From the human T2T-CHM13v2.0 reference genome, Homo sapiens, in assembly GCF_009914755.1 (NCBI RefSeq), contig NC_060925.1: 64,000 nt of DNA. One strand, given 5' to 3'. The notes beneath the pieces are model-generated. The model was not told where the DNA came from. It did not search any database and saw only the letters and a list, made by a program, of their open reading frames with translations. A program made the position numbers and the translations under genes. The stretch's first letter is position 1. Each line of letters starts with the position of its first letter. Of the stretch, positions 14,847-28,659 are shown in pieces.

Positions 14847-16702
14847 TCATTAGGAAAGTTTGGAAGACATAAAGGTAGTGAATTTGTTATGAGATTTGTT
14901 CAAATAAGATTTGAATACAATTTCTTCTCTCATATAGTTTATTGAGGGTAACTATTAAACATTTTAAGAATTGTTGAGTTTTTTTTCATAGTTTTTACTT
15001 GAATTTGCTCCTTTTTCTCTGTTAGGAGCAGCTGTGCAGCCCTGTTCTGTCTCAGGGGAAGGGGTCTGCCGGAATCTGAGAGGTTTGCCAGAAGAAATGA
15101 GAGGGTGACCTTATCTCCCTTGGTTTTTGCTGCTTTTTTCTTTTGCTCTTTCTTTCTTTCTAGTTTCACTCATAAAAATGACTTTGTGTTCCAAAGAAAG
15201 AAGCAGTTGGCACAGAGTAGAGAGTTCCATGTTTTATCTCATCAAAGTGCTGGCAAATTTCCCCACTAATGCCTTGTGGGAAAACCTTCTCAGGCTCTAA
15301 TTACATCTCTCCATCACTAGGGAAGTAAAGTTAATATTTCCTTATATTCTTGCATAAGGTGGGAGGGCTTGGGAGAAAAAGAATAAGGCTTTCATTAATA
15401 GCATTTACATAGCGTCCTTCTCCAAGAGGATTCATTAGATTCATTGCATTAATGCCTATCCCGTGCTTATGGTCAGGTGAGGGGCAAGTTTGAGACCTCA
15501 GAGTCCTGCAGAGAGAGGAACTGTGGTCAGTACTGGAGATAAGGATTCCAGCTCTGACATGGGTGGGGCAGAGAAAAGGTGGGCGTGGGCAACAAGTTTC
15601 TATGTGGTTACTGTTCTAGTTGTTCCTGCACCTGTTTGTGCTCCATAATATCCCCCTGGCTGCTCGTGTCCCATGTCCACCAGTGACCATGCTCACTTCC
15701 ACTTCCGATGTGAGCAAGGAGAGATTGTGAAAAGGAAGGAACACAATTTTGGGAACTCAGCATTTCAGTGACTTATATCAATGTGACATATAGAGCAGCT
15801 GGCTTCACTCTGCTTGTTTAGAATTTCCTTTTTGGAGTAAAAGTAGCCAGCATCATATTACTTTCTCTATCCTTTGTCTCAACTCATATCCATTATGACA
15901 GAACTCTAGTATAATAAACATTTATATACAATGACAGACATTGAAAGAAAAATGATGGTGGCAGAGGCCAAGCATAAAAACACTCTAGGGTGAGTCTTTT
16001 GTCTAAATTACCATAATGTCCCTTTGTCTGAATTATGTCTTGAGCAAGATTTCTCTATCCTCAGTTTCTCGTCACTGATGGTGTGCAAATTACCCAACCA
16101 GATACCCCTTTCCTTCACAGGGAACCTGCCTTACACCTCCCATAGGGTTTGGTGTCTCAGTGGCTTCCAGGAGCCTGGCAGTTAGAACCAGAATCCCTGC
16201 CACATAAGCGTTGATGTGACTGAACACAGCACAACCCCAGAGATTTCCTTTTCCCTGCGTTTCATTCCAGTCTAGAAAGAAGAAAACAAGATTGAATAGA
16301 ATCGGCCATTCTTATATCCTCAGGACTGCCAGAATCAATGGGATGTGGATGCCATCTGGGGGCCCATGGAACATAAATGCTTTTCTTGGCAGCCTGTATC
16401 ATTTTGCTTTCTGACTTAAAAAGTGGACTGCAATTGAAATCTGCTCAGAGAGACAGGTCCAGCAAAACTGTCACTTTATAATGTCTGCACAGAAAAAAAG
16501 CAAACATGACCACCAGTGCAATTTCCACCTGCAGCTCCCTTGAACAAGGCACTTCTCTCCCTGCCTGCACACCAGGACTTTGGAGTGTTCTTGTCTGTGC
16601 TCTATAGAGCTTTCCCTTCCTTTGCTGTGAGATCTGCTTGCTATATCACCTTGTCCTGGTATACTAACAAAATCTGCTGATTAAAACCCAAATCAACAGC
16701 AC

Positions 16703-16904
16703 AAATCTCAAGTATGTGTCATGAGACTCACTACATCCTTAGCACCTATGAAAAATGCCAACACTTAGACCTGCAAACACAAATGGGAAATGCTCAAAGT
16801 CACCATTGGCTATGATCTCTGCCCTTAATTTACAGAATTGTAAATTCTCCTGCAAACAAGAAAAGAAGCTAAGATAGTGCAACCAAGTAAAAGAAATGCA
16901 TTTT
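16703..16904. repeat. Left arm of a ~200-bp inverted repeat (pairs with 18277-18483)
   Basis: Manual alignment: core 16748-16886 against the reverse complement of 18296-18434 gives 129/139 identical, no gaps. Confidence 0.95.
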
Positions 16905-16951
16905 ATGTTTCCTCTTTTTATGATGTTTGTTTTATTAGATAGCTGCTGCTC

Positions 16952-17727
16952 TGGTGCCAATCATAACATCAAAAGACACAATCCTGAATGCCATCATCCT
17001 GAATGTTGAAATCTCCCAAAATTAAGTCCCTAAAACCCCAAATTCCTGAAGTCTAAATCCCTAAAGTCTAAAATCCCTAACATCTGCAATCCTGAAAAAT
17101 CACAGTCCTGAAAGATTAAAATCCCACATGCTGGAATTCTGAAAACCAAATGTGGGGAAAGGATTTAGTGAGTTTTCAGTTGTGTCATGTTAGTTGCATC
17201 ATGGTAGGTGGAACTATTACCTTTTTATTGTCTTTATTTGGAAATTAGGTATGGTTTAAGAAGATGCATATAGGTGCCCAGCTGACAAGGGGTGGACTTG
17301 TGGACTTAATTTTAAGTGTCAACTTGATTGGATTAAGGAATACCTTGAAACCTGGTAAAGCATTATTTTGGGTGTTTCTTTGAGGGTATTTCCGCGGAGA
17401 TTAGTATGAGTCTGCGTGGACTAGGTAGGGAAGATCTGTGTTTAATGTTGGCAGGCACCATCCAATTGTCAAGGGCCCAGAGAAAACAAATGTAGAAGGC
17501 AAACTGGTCTCTCTCTGAGAAATGAGACAGACTTTTTCCTGACTCCATGGACATCAGAAATTTGACTGCATGAAAGTGCATTATAACAACGTTGACTTTG
17601 TGTGTAAGCACTGTGCGTATACATAACAATGTTGGGATTTCCTCAATAGATGAAGAGATGTTTGGACATCGGCATTTGTGAAAAATAAAATTTCTTGAGA
17701 TCTCCGCTCTCTGGGTGGCTGCATACG
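16952..17727 (+). mobile_element. Ricksha-type (MULE/MuDR) DNA transposon fragment carrying an MLT2-like LTR piece
   Basis: Subterminal aatccc repeats (aaaagacacaatcctgaatgccatcatcctgaatgttgaa…aaatccctaaagtctaaaatccct); MLT2-like ttaattttaagtgtcaacttgattggattaagg at about 17306-17560. Confidence 0.75.
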
Positions 17728-18276
17728 ACCCCCTTTGCAGGTCTGTTCCATGGTGGGCACATTCTCATTCGTTGCCTGATTACATCACGTGATTACTGTG
17801 GGACGAATTGTCACTATCATTGGTTTTCAATTGAGGTCACGGAATCTGCTGAGAGGGAGGACCAGCTGTGTGCTCTGGCCACTCTGTCAATTTGTCTCCC
17901 ATCCCTACTGGGTCTAGAGCATTTTGTGTCCCACTGTGGAAGACTGAGCTTTGTAGACAGTTGAGGACAAAACTTAGCTAGGAAGTTTCTGACTTCTGGA
18001 AGCTCTTATTTACATGACAGTGAGGAAAGGAACAGATGAGCGCTCTACACTTGGAGGTAGCAGGAAAATTTTCCACAATTTTATCTAAAAAATTAGTCTA
18101 TTTTTATCTAAAAAACAAATGCTAATTAGGAAATTAGCTCTTGTGTTAATCTTCAGCATTGTTCTCAGAAGAGCATAAGCTTGTATATCTGCTTCCTCTT
18201 ACTTTAAGTAAAAACTTAAAAATTGGGAGATGGGCTATACATTAAGACAAAAATACCATAGGAAGAGAATATGAAC

Positions 18277-18483
18277 AAAATGTCATTTATTTAGTTTGGT
18301 TGCATTGTCTTAGCTTCTCTTCCTGTTTACAGGAGAATTTACAATTCTGTAAGTTAAAGGTAGAGATCATAGCCAATAGTGACTTTGAGCATTGCCCATT
18401 TGTGTTTGCAGGTCTAAGTGTTGGCATTTTTCATGGGTTCTAAGGGTGCATGCAGTGAGTCAAGTGCCACCTACTTGAGATTT
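18277..18483. repeat. Right arm of the ~200-bp inverted repeat
   Basis: For example ggtctaagtgttggcatttttcat is the exact reverse complement of atgaaaaatgccaacacttagacc. Confidence 0.95.
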
Positions 18484-19269
18484 TAGCTTTGTGCACAGAT
18501 GCGAAAGCTTATTGGCACCTGATGTACTTCCCTCTCATTCACAGCATAAAATGTGATTTCACGGTGATGCCTTTTCTCCTTGGCTTTGCATCTGGGTACA
18601 CGCTTGGCTCTTTCTTAGGTCTTGGTAGGATTTCTTGGAACCCCTGCAGCTCTGGAGGTAGAAGCACAGTGGCATGAACATTCCTTCCTAACTGCCATGT
18701 CGTGGTGTGTTTCTCTCTGGGAATGGGACCATGCTGCTTTGCCTTCCCTGCCTATGAGGACATCAGTCTGTCCTATAAGGATCACGTGGAATGTTGTCAT
18801 GGTGCATTATTCATGATAAACTCTGACAGCTTCAAGGTTAGGTGTGATGCTGAATACAAAACACCAAGCCAAGCCAAAAGAATTTTTTTTCTCTCCTCTA
18901 TGTCCTCTCCCTAAATGGTTCTTAGTTGAAACTTGTACATGATTTCCTACTAGCTGAGCTGTAGCAGGAAGTTGTGCCAACAGTGGACACATCTTATTCA
19001 CGTTTTATGCATCTGCCTATGAGAATCTGTAAGAGACACAAGCTGTTCATGTTGTAGAGTCCGGTTGATGAAGCAGAATGTGGTTCAGGAAGTCTCTCTT
19101 GCGCTTAGAAGACTGATTTTGAAGCTGCTCTCATAGGTTTTCTGCTTCTTCTGCCCTCTTAGAGTGGCTAGGAGGCTGCCTGGGATTCCAGGTAGGTCTT
19201 GGCCCTAAGACCTCAGCTGCTCCATAGAAGGTGGTCAGACAGGATGAGGCAGTGACTTCGATCATCTGG

Positions 19270-19580
19270 AGCCTCACACCTGTAATCCTAGCACTTTGAA
19301 AGGCTAAGGCAGGAGAATTGCTTGAGCCCAGGAGTTTGAGACCAGCCTCGGCAACACTGTGAGGTCCCATCTCTACAAAAAAATGACAAAAACAATTAGC
19401 CAAGCACAATGTCATGCACTTGTGTTCCCAGCTACTCGGAAGGTGGAGGTGGGAACACTGTTTTAGCTTGGGAGGCCGAGGCTGCAGTGAGCTATGATTG
19501 TGCCACTGCACTGCACTCCTGCCTGGGTACAGAGCAAGACCCTGTCTCAAAAACAAAAACAAACAAACAAACAAACAACT
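19270..19580 (+). mobile_element. AluJ
   Basis: Diverged dimer with gaggctgcagtgagctatgat and a (CAAA)n tail. Confidence 0.88.
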
Positions 19581-19713
19581 CAATAGAAATGAAAAGGATG
19601 TGCTAATGATGAGATGCAAACCCCCAAATTGACATGTACCTTCCCATTACAACAATTTTAGGTCCAAACTATGCATTTGGTGCAAATGGTTGATTTATCC
19701 TTAACAGGAAGGA

Positions 19714-20102
19714 TGTCTTAGTCTGCTTGGACTGCCATGGCAAAGTACTACTGACTGTGTGGCTTAAACAATAGAAACTTATTGTCTCACTGCTCTGGAG
19801 ATTGGAATTCTATGTCAAGTTGTCAGTAGGGTTGGTCTCTTCTGAGGCCTGTCTCTTTGGCTTGTAGACAGCTATTTTCTCCTTGTGTCTTCACACAGTC
19901 TTCCCTCTGTATGCATTGGTGCCTTAATCTCTTTTTATAAGGACACCAGTCATATTGGAATAGGATGCATCCTTGTGACCTCATTGAAACTGAATGGACC
20001 TCTTTAAAGGTCCAGTCTCCAAATACAATTAAATTCTGAGGTCCTGGGGGTTAGAACTCCAACATATGAATATTGCAGGGGGATATAATTTAGCCCAAAA
20101 CA
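19714..20102 (-). mobile_element. MLT1-type MaLR LTR
   Basis: tgtcttagtctgcttggactgcc…ggcttaaacaatagaaa…ataaggacaccagtcatattgga…tttagccca. Confidence 0.8.
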
Positions 20103-20473
20103 GGAAGCCTAAAGGGCTCAGGACAGAGCTAAATACTAAACACATTCAGGTATTTCCACAAAATTTGAATAATTTAGTTTGACTATCTGTGGTCATTGTG
20201 GTCATATGTAGACATTTGATTGAAACTTTTTTTTTTTTAAAGCAGACTTTTTGACACAAGTAAGTTGATTCTTCCCACAAGTGAACTTAGCTGTTTTTCA
20301 CATTTTGTTTTATTGCAGAGCCTGGCTCTTAGGCCAGTATATCATGGTATCCCTTCACACAAACAACTATCTACTGAATATCTGCCAGATTTACCATGCC
20401 ATGGTGGACAAACTATGCATAAAAAAATAGCCCACCACCAAGGAGTATACAGCCTAGTTGGAATAAAACATAA

Positions 20474-20870
<397 letters not shown>

Positions 20871-21049
20871 ATGAGGACATATTTCAATAGGCAGAGACAC
20901 AAATTAACCTAGTACCAGCTGAAAAGAGGACTTATGATCTGGTGTGACCAGAGGTGGCAAGAGTGATCAGAACTAACATGTTCTTCACTTTTTTCTCTGT
21001 ATTGTGGCTTATTCTTTCAAACCTCTTGTTTTAGTTATTTATTGCTGCA

Positions 21050-21520
21050 TGTGGTAGGCTGAATGATACCCATCCCTCCCCAAAGATACCCACATCCTAC
21101 TCCTTGGAACCTGTAAATGTTACCATATTTGGAAAAGGGGCCCTGCAGATGTGATTGAATTAGAGACCTTGATGAGGGCATCATCCCAGATTATCTGAGG
21201 TGGGTCCTATATGACATCAGATCTTGTCTGAGAGACGCAGTGGGAGATTGGACCAATTGAAGAGGAGGTGGTGATGTGACCACAGAGGCAGGGATTGGAG
21301 TGGTAGCTCCAAGCTAAGGAATTCCAGCAGCCACTGGAAGCTGGAAGAGACAAGGACAGGATTTTCCCCAAGAATGTTGGGAGGGAATACAGTCTGTCAA
21401 TACCTTGATTTTAGCTCAGTAAAACTGATTTCAGACTTCTGGCTTCTAAAACTATGAGAGAATAAATTTATGTTGTTTTAAGCCTGTAAGTTTGTGGTAA
21501 TTAGTTATAGCAGCCACATC
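21050..21520 (+). mobile_element. MLT1-type MaLR LTR
   Basis: tgtggtaggctgaatg…tgcagatgtgatt…gagagaataaatttatgttgttttaagcc…ttatagcagcc. Confidence 0.8.
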
Positions 21521-21564
21521 CAATTTATATACGGCATAACCACCAAAAAACTTAAAGCAGTGTC

Positions 21565-23720
21565 AAAGAGTTACGTTAGCAAAATGGTAGAGTTTGCAGC
21601 TCCAACTTTGTTTCCCCACAGAAACATCAAAAAACAAACAGAAACCATTAGAACAAACATGATCAGAACTCTGGAAAATAGGCAAAAGTTTAAGCAACCA
21701 AGCAAACACTGAATAAAGAAAAAGGCCACTTGAAAATGGTGGGAAACTTTGTAGCATTTTTATTTGCTCTTGTCCCAGCCTTCTCTCTAGCAAGACAGTT
21801 CTCTTGATGATGACAGCCTTCATTCCCAGTGTAGGACCCTGGTCCCTGATTACAGAGGGACTAGAGAAGACCTTACTTATTGTGGATGTCTGTTCTAACC
21901 TGTCTGGGGGCTACGTTAAGTACTGACATAGGCATGTATCTCTGCTTAGCCTAACTTAGAACATAGGCTGGAAAAATGGCAGGCATTGCTTGCAAATGCT
22001 CAAAGTGAGCTAACAAACTGCAAAAACCTGGGGCAAAAGATTACTGGTTGAGGTGTACAATAGACCATCTAAAGTCCAGGTGCAAAAGCTGGAAGAGATT
22101 CTGTGGGAAATTAGGACATTCAAAAGCACCATGTATACAGGAAAATGTAGAAATCCATGCATATACTTGGGGCAAGATGCATGCTCAGAAAAGAGGAGAG
22201 AAGACCCTAAGCTTTCATTTCAGGCTGATCCTTGAGTTAAGTGTAAGGTTGGGTAAGTATTGTAGGAGTTCCCCAGCACAGAGCCAATCTGCAAAGACTG
22301 GGAAAGGAAGTTTGGAAAAGTATCTACAAATGGACTATTATAGCCATCAAAAATAAAAAACAGCAAACCCTGGGGAAGGGTGAGAGTCCAATAGCCAGAG
22401 TTTACATTATAATATTTAAGTGCCCAATGTTCAACAAAATATCACAAGGCATACAAAGGAAACGAGAACACATGGCCCATTCAAAGAGGCAAAATAAGTG
22501 GACAGAAACTATCCCTGAGAAAGCCCAGCCATCAAATTTATTAGACAAATACTTTAAAATGATTGTCTTAATGATGTCCGAAGAACTAAAAGAAAACATG
22601 GACAAAGAACTAATGGAAACCAGAAAAACAGTGTATGAACAAAATGAGAAATAAAGTGATAGAAATTATAAAAATTGATCAAACAGAAATTCTGAAGCTG
22701 GAAACTGAAAGCTGAAATGAAGAATTTACTAGAGGGTTAGACAGAAGATTTGAGCAGGCAGAAGAAAGAATCAGTGGACTTGAAGATACTACAATGGAAA
22801 TTATTGAGTTTAAAGAGCAGAACGCAAAAGTAACGAAGAGAAGTAAAGAGAACTGAAGGGACCTCTAGGACATCATGAAGCAGATATATATATATATATA
22901 TAGGAGATATATATATATATAGGAGATATATACATATATATAGGAGATATATATATAGGAGATATATATATAGGAGATATATATATATAGGAGATATATA
23001 TATAGGAGAGATATATATAGGAGATATATATATATATAGGAGATATATATATATATCTGCTTTCACTGTTGTTATTCAACATTGCACTGCAAGTTATAGT
23101 CAGAGCAAAATAGATAAAAGGCATCATAATGGAAGGGAACAAGTAAAATTATCTCTATTTGCGATTGACATTATCCTATATGTAGAAAATCTTAAAGAAT
23201 CCACAAGAAAGCTGCTAGAGCTAATGAACAAATTCTATAAAGTTTTAGGTGTGAAAGTCAGTCATGTTTTTATCTACCTGGAATGAGCAATCCCAAATGG
23301 AAAATAAGAAATAATTCTATTTATAATAGCATTTAAAATAATAAAATACTTGGAAATAAATATAACCAAAGAAGTGAAAGACTTTTACATTAAAACATGT
23401 AAAATAGATTTTACCTTGAAACATGTAAATAGAGTTTACACTGAAAAATGGAAAATAGCCCAGAAATACACCCATATATCTGTGTCCAGTTGATTTTTGA
23501 CAAGGGGTGCCATGTCCATTCAATGGGAGAAAATAGTTCTTTCAACTGATGGTGCTGGGGCAACTGGATTTTCACATCCAAAGAATAAAGTTGGACTCTT
23601 GTCTCACACCTTAAACAAAGTTTAACTCCAAACTGTGCAATGATTATGGATAAAAGTTTGGTGGTTCTTCAAAAAGAGAAACATAGAATCACCATATGAT
23701 TCAGCAATTCTACTCACAGA
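21565..23720 (+). mobile_element. Old L1 (L1M-type): 5' UTR, ORF1 remnant and internally deleted ORF2 remnant
   Basis: ORF1-like coiled-coil remnants (ELKENMDKEL…; RFEQAEERISGLED) to about 22880; RT-region remnant (LFAIDIILYVENLKESTRKLLELMNKF) after 23060. Confidence 0.75.
22884..23056. repeat. Minisatellite [(AT)n AGGAG] x9
   Basis: Nine AGGAG spacers separated by variable TA runs. Confidence 0.92.
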
Positions 23721-23729
23721 TATGTATGA

Positions 23730-23950
23730 AACAGAGACAGAGAGAAAGAGACAGAGAGATAGAGATGGGGGAGAGAGACAGAAAGAGAGAAGAGAGAGAA
23801 ACAGAGAGAGAGGAGAGAGAGAGAAAGAGATAGAGAAAGAGACAAGGAGAGACAGGCAGAGAAGAGAGACAGAAAGAGAGAGATAGGGATTGAGAGAGAG
23901 AGAAAGATATAGGGAGAGAGAGAGAGAGAGAGACAGAAGGAGATGGAGGA
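23730..23950. repeat. GA-rich polypurine low-complexity tract
   Basis: About 220 bp of degenerate (GA)n. Confidence 0.9.
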
Positions 23951-26900
23951 GTCTCTTTCACACATATGCACATACACAGTATGCTGGAGGAAGCTCTATC
24001 ATCTTTTATGAATCTATCTTAAGAAATTATGTTGTTACTTCCACCACATGGATTCATTTGAAACAAGTCATCAAAGTTGTCCCATCTTCAAGGGGAGAAG
24101 AATTAGACCATTTTTTTGATGGAAGAATGTCAAAGAACTTGTGGGCATATTTTAAAATGATCACACCACTTTATTCCATGTGGCAGTTGAAGACTTTTGA
24201 ATTAACAACACACGACTAGAGAAGAAAAAGAGACTTCCCCTCTTGGATCCAGTATGAAAACCTTCAGGAAAGGATTGGGTTAGGTGCTGACTCCTTGGAC
24301 CAATGACCATAACCAAAGGGATGAGGTACTGTAATTAGCCAAGCCTGGCTACCTGTCTGTCTCTGTGATGAGGTGGGTACATCTGTTAGGAGAAGATGGG
24401 GGAACTGGTGCAGTGCAGATAAAAATAGTAGCTAGTATGCTTATTGCCTAGTGAAACATGCACACACGAAGCAATTAGGAATGATTGAGAGCAGCATATG
24501 AATTTAAAAATGAGGGATGTTAAAAATGCATAAAGAAGATTAAAATGAAAACACTCCTTACAGAGTTCATTCATTTGGTCAATACAGTCATTTCCATCCC
24601 AAAACCTGGTCTTACATGTTAGCTTGAAGGTGCCTCTTGCAACAGATTTTCCAGAGACTTTTGTCTGATCTTTACTGGGACCAAAGTAACCTTTGATTGT
24701 CTCTGACTGTGGCTGTCTTTCCGGGAGCTTTATGTGCTGGGCTCAGGAAAAGTTCAACCCATCAATAGGTTATCACATATATATACTCTGGGACTGATTG
24801 GACCACATTTTCTCACTGAATTGACTGATTGATGAATTCAGTTGGCAGAATTAACTCTTCTATGTCTACATGAAGTGCCATTTAGAAATAATCAACTCTT
24901 AATCAGCCTGGGATAGTCAGTACTAAAAGCACCTTCATGAGCTGTGAAAAATTTAATGCATTTATTTACATATTTAGTTTTAAATTTTAGTATATTGTTA
25001 GTTGAGGTATAGTTTCCAAACAAAGAGCCGTGAAATGTTTAGTAACTGTCTCTGTACCTCTGGATGAGGACAGCTCAGCCGGGAATGGAGGGGGACTGGG
25101 TGAGGAGACCAGAATGTCAGTGTGGCCACGCAGCACACTTTTGTTTTGTCTTCTGTCCTTGAGCACTGGCTTGTTCCTGGATAAACTAGGCATAATAATA
25201 CCTATCCTGCTGTGTGGGTGGAAGGTTAAATGTGATAATGATGTGTGTGAGATGCCTGCACAGTGCCTGGAGGTATTGAAGAATTATTTGCTGCCTTTTC
25301 TTTTTCTACCTACCACTTACCCGCTACCCCCGGGTGCTACATGTTAGAAAACACTGTGTAAAGTGTGGATGCTTCTGAAAAATCTCCCTGCCAGCAGTTA
25401 GTGCCAATAGCGTGCAGAAAATAAGATGGAATGATTTGGCTTCTTTTCTGTTTGGCAATAAGAAGCTTATTTGCACATAGCCTGATTTCTTTCAATCTGC
25501 AAAAAAAAAAAAAAAAAAAAAAATTGGAAATGAAGTAAAGCAATATATATTAAAACATGCAAATTATAAAGAAGCATTTAAAGCTTGACTACTCTTCACA
25601 TTGTCGTATGGCAAACTATTTTTTTTATCTGCAGTCTAAATTTCATGACCTAGAATCTCTCGTTTTCTGCCTGATGCTTTGTTGCATGACATTGGATGAC
25701 ATTGAGAAAATGAAATTGAAACCCTGCTTGGGCTTTGAAAGAACTGGCAATCCTGCTTTTAAGAGTGGAAGGAAAAAAAATGGAAAGGGAAGGAGGAAAA
25801 TGGGACACACATGGAATACTAAAGACAAGACTGAAGAAAGAGAGGTTGAAAGCTCTCTCTCTTCTGATTATGTTTCTGTGAGTCTCTACTGTTTTGTGGC
25901 CTTCACCCTCATGGGCAGAGAAGGCTAAGGTGTAATTCTCAGGTAACCATTTAATCTTTCCATTTAAAATGGTCATTTACAAACATGGAGTCCATTTCCT
26001 TTGCATAATGGCAACGAGATGGCGCCTGTGCTCCTTCGTGGAATTCCTTGCTCTGGGTGATGGACTGGACAGCTAATTTGTTTTTATAAAGTGTCTGGGC
26101 ACTTAATTAAATCTTGCATCCTGTCTAATAAAAAATCAATATCAAATCCACTACCAACACGTTCTGGATGGCAGAGAGGCATGCCAGAAGAAAATCTTGA
26201 GTGGCGGTTCCTTCCAGATTTAGCAAGCTCTGCAGTTTGTGTTTGGCTGTTCTCTCATCCTGTTGCTTGGCCCAGCTCCTATTCCTAAGTCAATGAGGGC
26301 TTCAAAGCATGGTGTGAATGCATCAGCTGCTCTAGAGGTCCTGTCTTTGGGAGATGAATTGTGGCCCATTAAAAAAAAGTTCTCTAGGGAAATGTGAATA
26401 AGTTTCCTGCAAGTCTCGGAAATAAAAACCTTTATGGTATATAAATATTTGAAGGTTAACAAGGTCTTCAGTTGGAGGAAGGCAGGCCCTTGGCAGAACC
26501 AAAGGGCATCTCACGAGTGGGTAGAAAGTTATAGGAGGGATTGGTCTTTTCTGCTTTGGTGTTGGTAGTGGTAGCTGGGGGTCTCTAGGCTGATTGTGTA
26601 TGATCTGGAGTCTGGAGCCTTGCTACAGTTTGAACTGGTCAGAAAAGCCAAGGCCCGCCTCCCTCTGCTGACTCTGTCTCACTGAGCCATAGGCGTGGGG
26701 TCCTGCATTGGCCATTTCAGTTTTGCTTGTTGATGAGGAAAGGTAGATCAAGTGGGTCAAGGTGGCAAGGGTCATGTATTCAGAGTAGGGACTGAGTGGA
26801 GTTGGAAAATAAGCAGCAGTGAAGAAGAGAGATCACTCCAGCAATCTTCTCACTGCCAAAAGTCTCCAGGTCCCATAGACTGAGCACCATTCAATAATTC

Positions 26901-27619
26901 TATGTGTTGTATGAACACATCAGACAATTCCACAACCTCCTTACTTCATTTGCCTGCTTGTCATAGTGCGAGAATTGCTTTCATTGTCCATTTGTTTCTT
27001 GACAGTCAAATCTCTTCATTAATAAAAAAAAGACTTGAATTCATGGCACCATTTTATTTTCCAATACTATTGTATAGAATGTCCAAACTAAGATCTAAAG
27101 ACTATCTTTTTCCCACCATCCCTCTAGAAGTTCCTGATCTTTGTTATATCTCAGCCCAGCTCCTCTTGCCATATCCCCTATTACAATGAATGGCAAGTCA
27201 AGCAGAAAAAAGCCTGTGGGTCATTGTGGACTTTCAGCTCTCCCGGGACATGAGCCACTACACCTTTTCGATTTTATCTCTTAAGTATCTCTTCCTTCTG
27301 TCCTTTGATCTCGTAAGTGTTGTCTGGACACACGCACTCGCCTCTTAATGGGTCCTTGGTTTCTATTTTCATCCCCCTCCAAAGCATCCTTCGATCATCC
27401 TTCAATCCCTTTCCAATCATCCTTCATGTTGTAACCAGTCTTCTTTCTAAAACTCATTTACAATTGCTTTTCTACTTCATCTCTCTGCGTGACTAATGTC
27501 ACTATCAGGACAAATGTTAAATATGGCCTGCCATAACCAGCTTCTTGCCCTGGCCCTTGCTTAGCTTTCTAACTTCATTTCTTGCCATTCCTTCCCCACT
27601 TCAAGCAACTTTCTCTCTC

Positions 27620-27918
<299 letters not shown>

Positions 27919-28041
27919 GCAACTTTCTCTTTAGTCCCTTGGTAGTTCCCGAAGGCATACTGCCTTGTCCACTGTTTAGTACCTCTGCCTGCACTTACCA
28001 CCTCCTTCTCCTACTAGGTCATCCAGACTTGGTTTCTGGTT

Positions 28042-28331
<290 letters not shown>

Positions 28332-28659
28332 TCAGTGCCCCTTCTTTTGAGTGCTTGGTATATTCTCTATCCTCATACATATTGTGTTTTAGCATAGCTA
28401 TTGGCTGTCCTCTTGGCTAAACTGTTAGCCTCCTAGGGAAAGAAAGAGACCCTATTCATTTTTACTCTTTATCCCCAGAACTTAGCATAGTGCTTGGTCA
28501 AAGTAGCCTCTCAAGAAGTGGTTGTTGGATGAACAAGTGAATTCATCTTATTATCACTTATCATCTTATTATCATTGTTACATTATTAATAGCTGATAAT
28601 TCTACTAACAATAGAATTATAAAGCATTAGCGCTTTTCAGGTCAACCTTGTTAAAAACC

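Noticed and set aside
22884-23056. Repeat-spacer look (CRISPR-like array)
   Set aside because: The spacers are only variable TA runs; it is a eukaryotic minisatellite with no cas genes.
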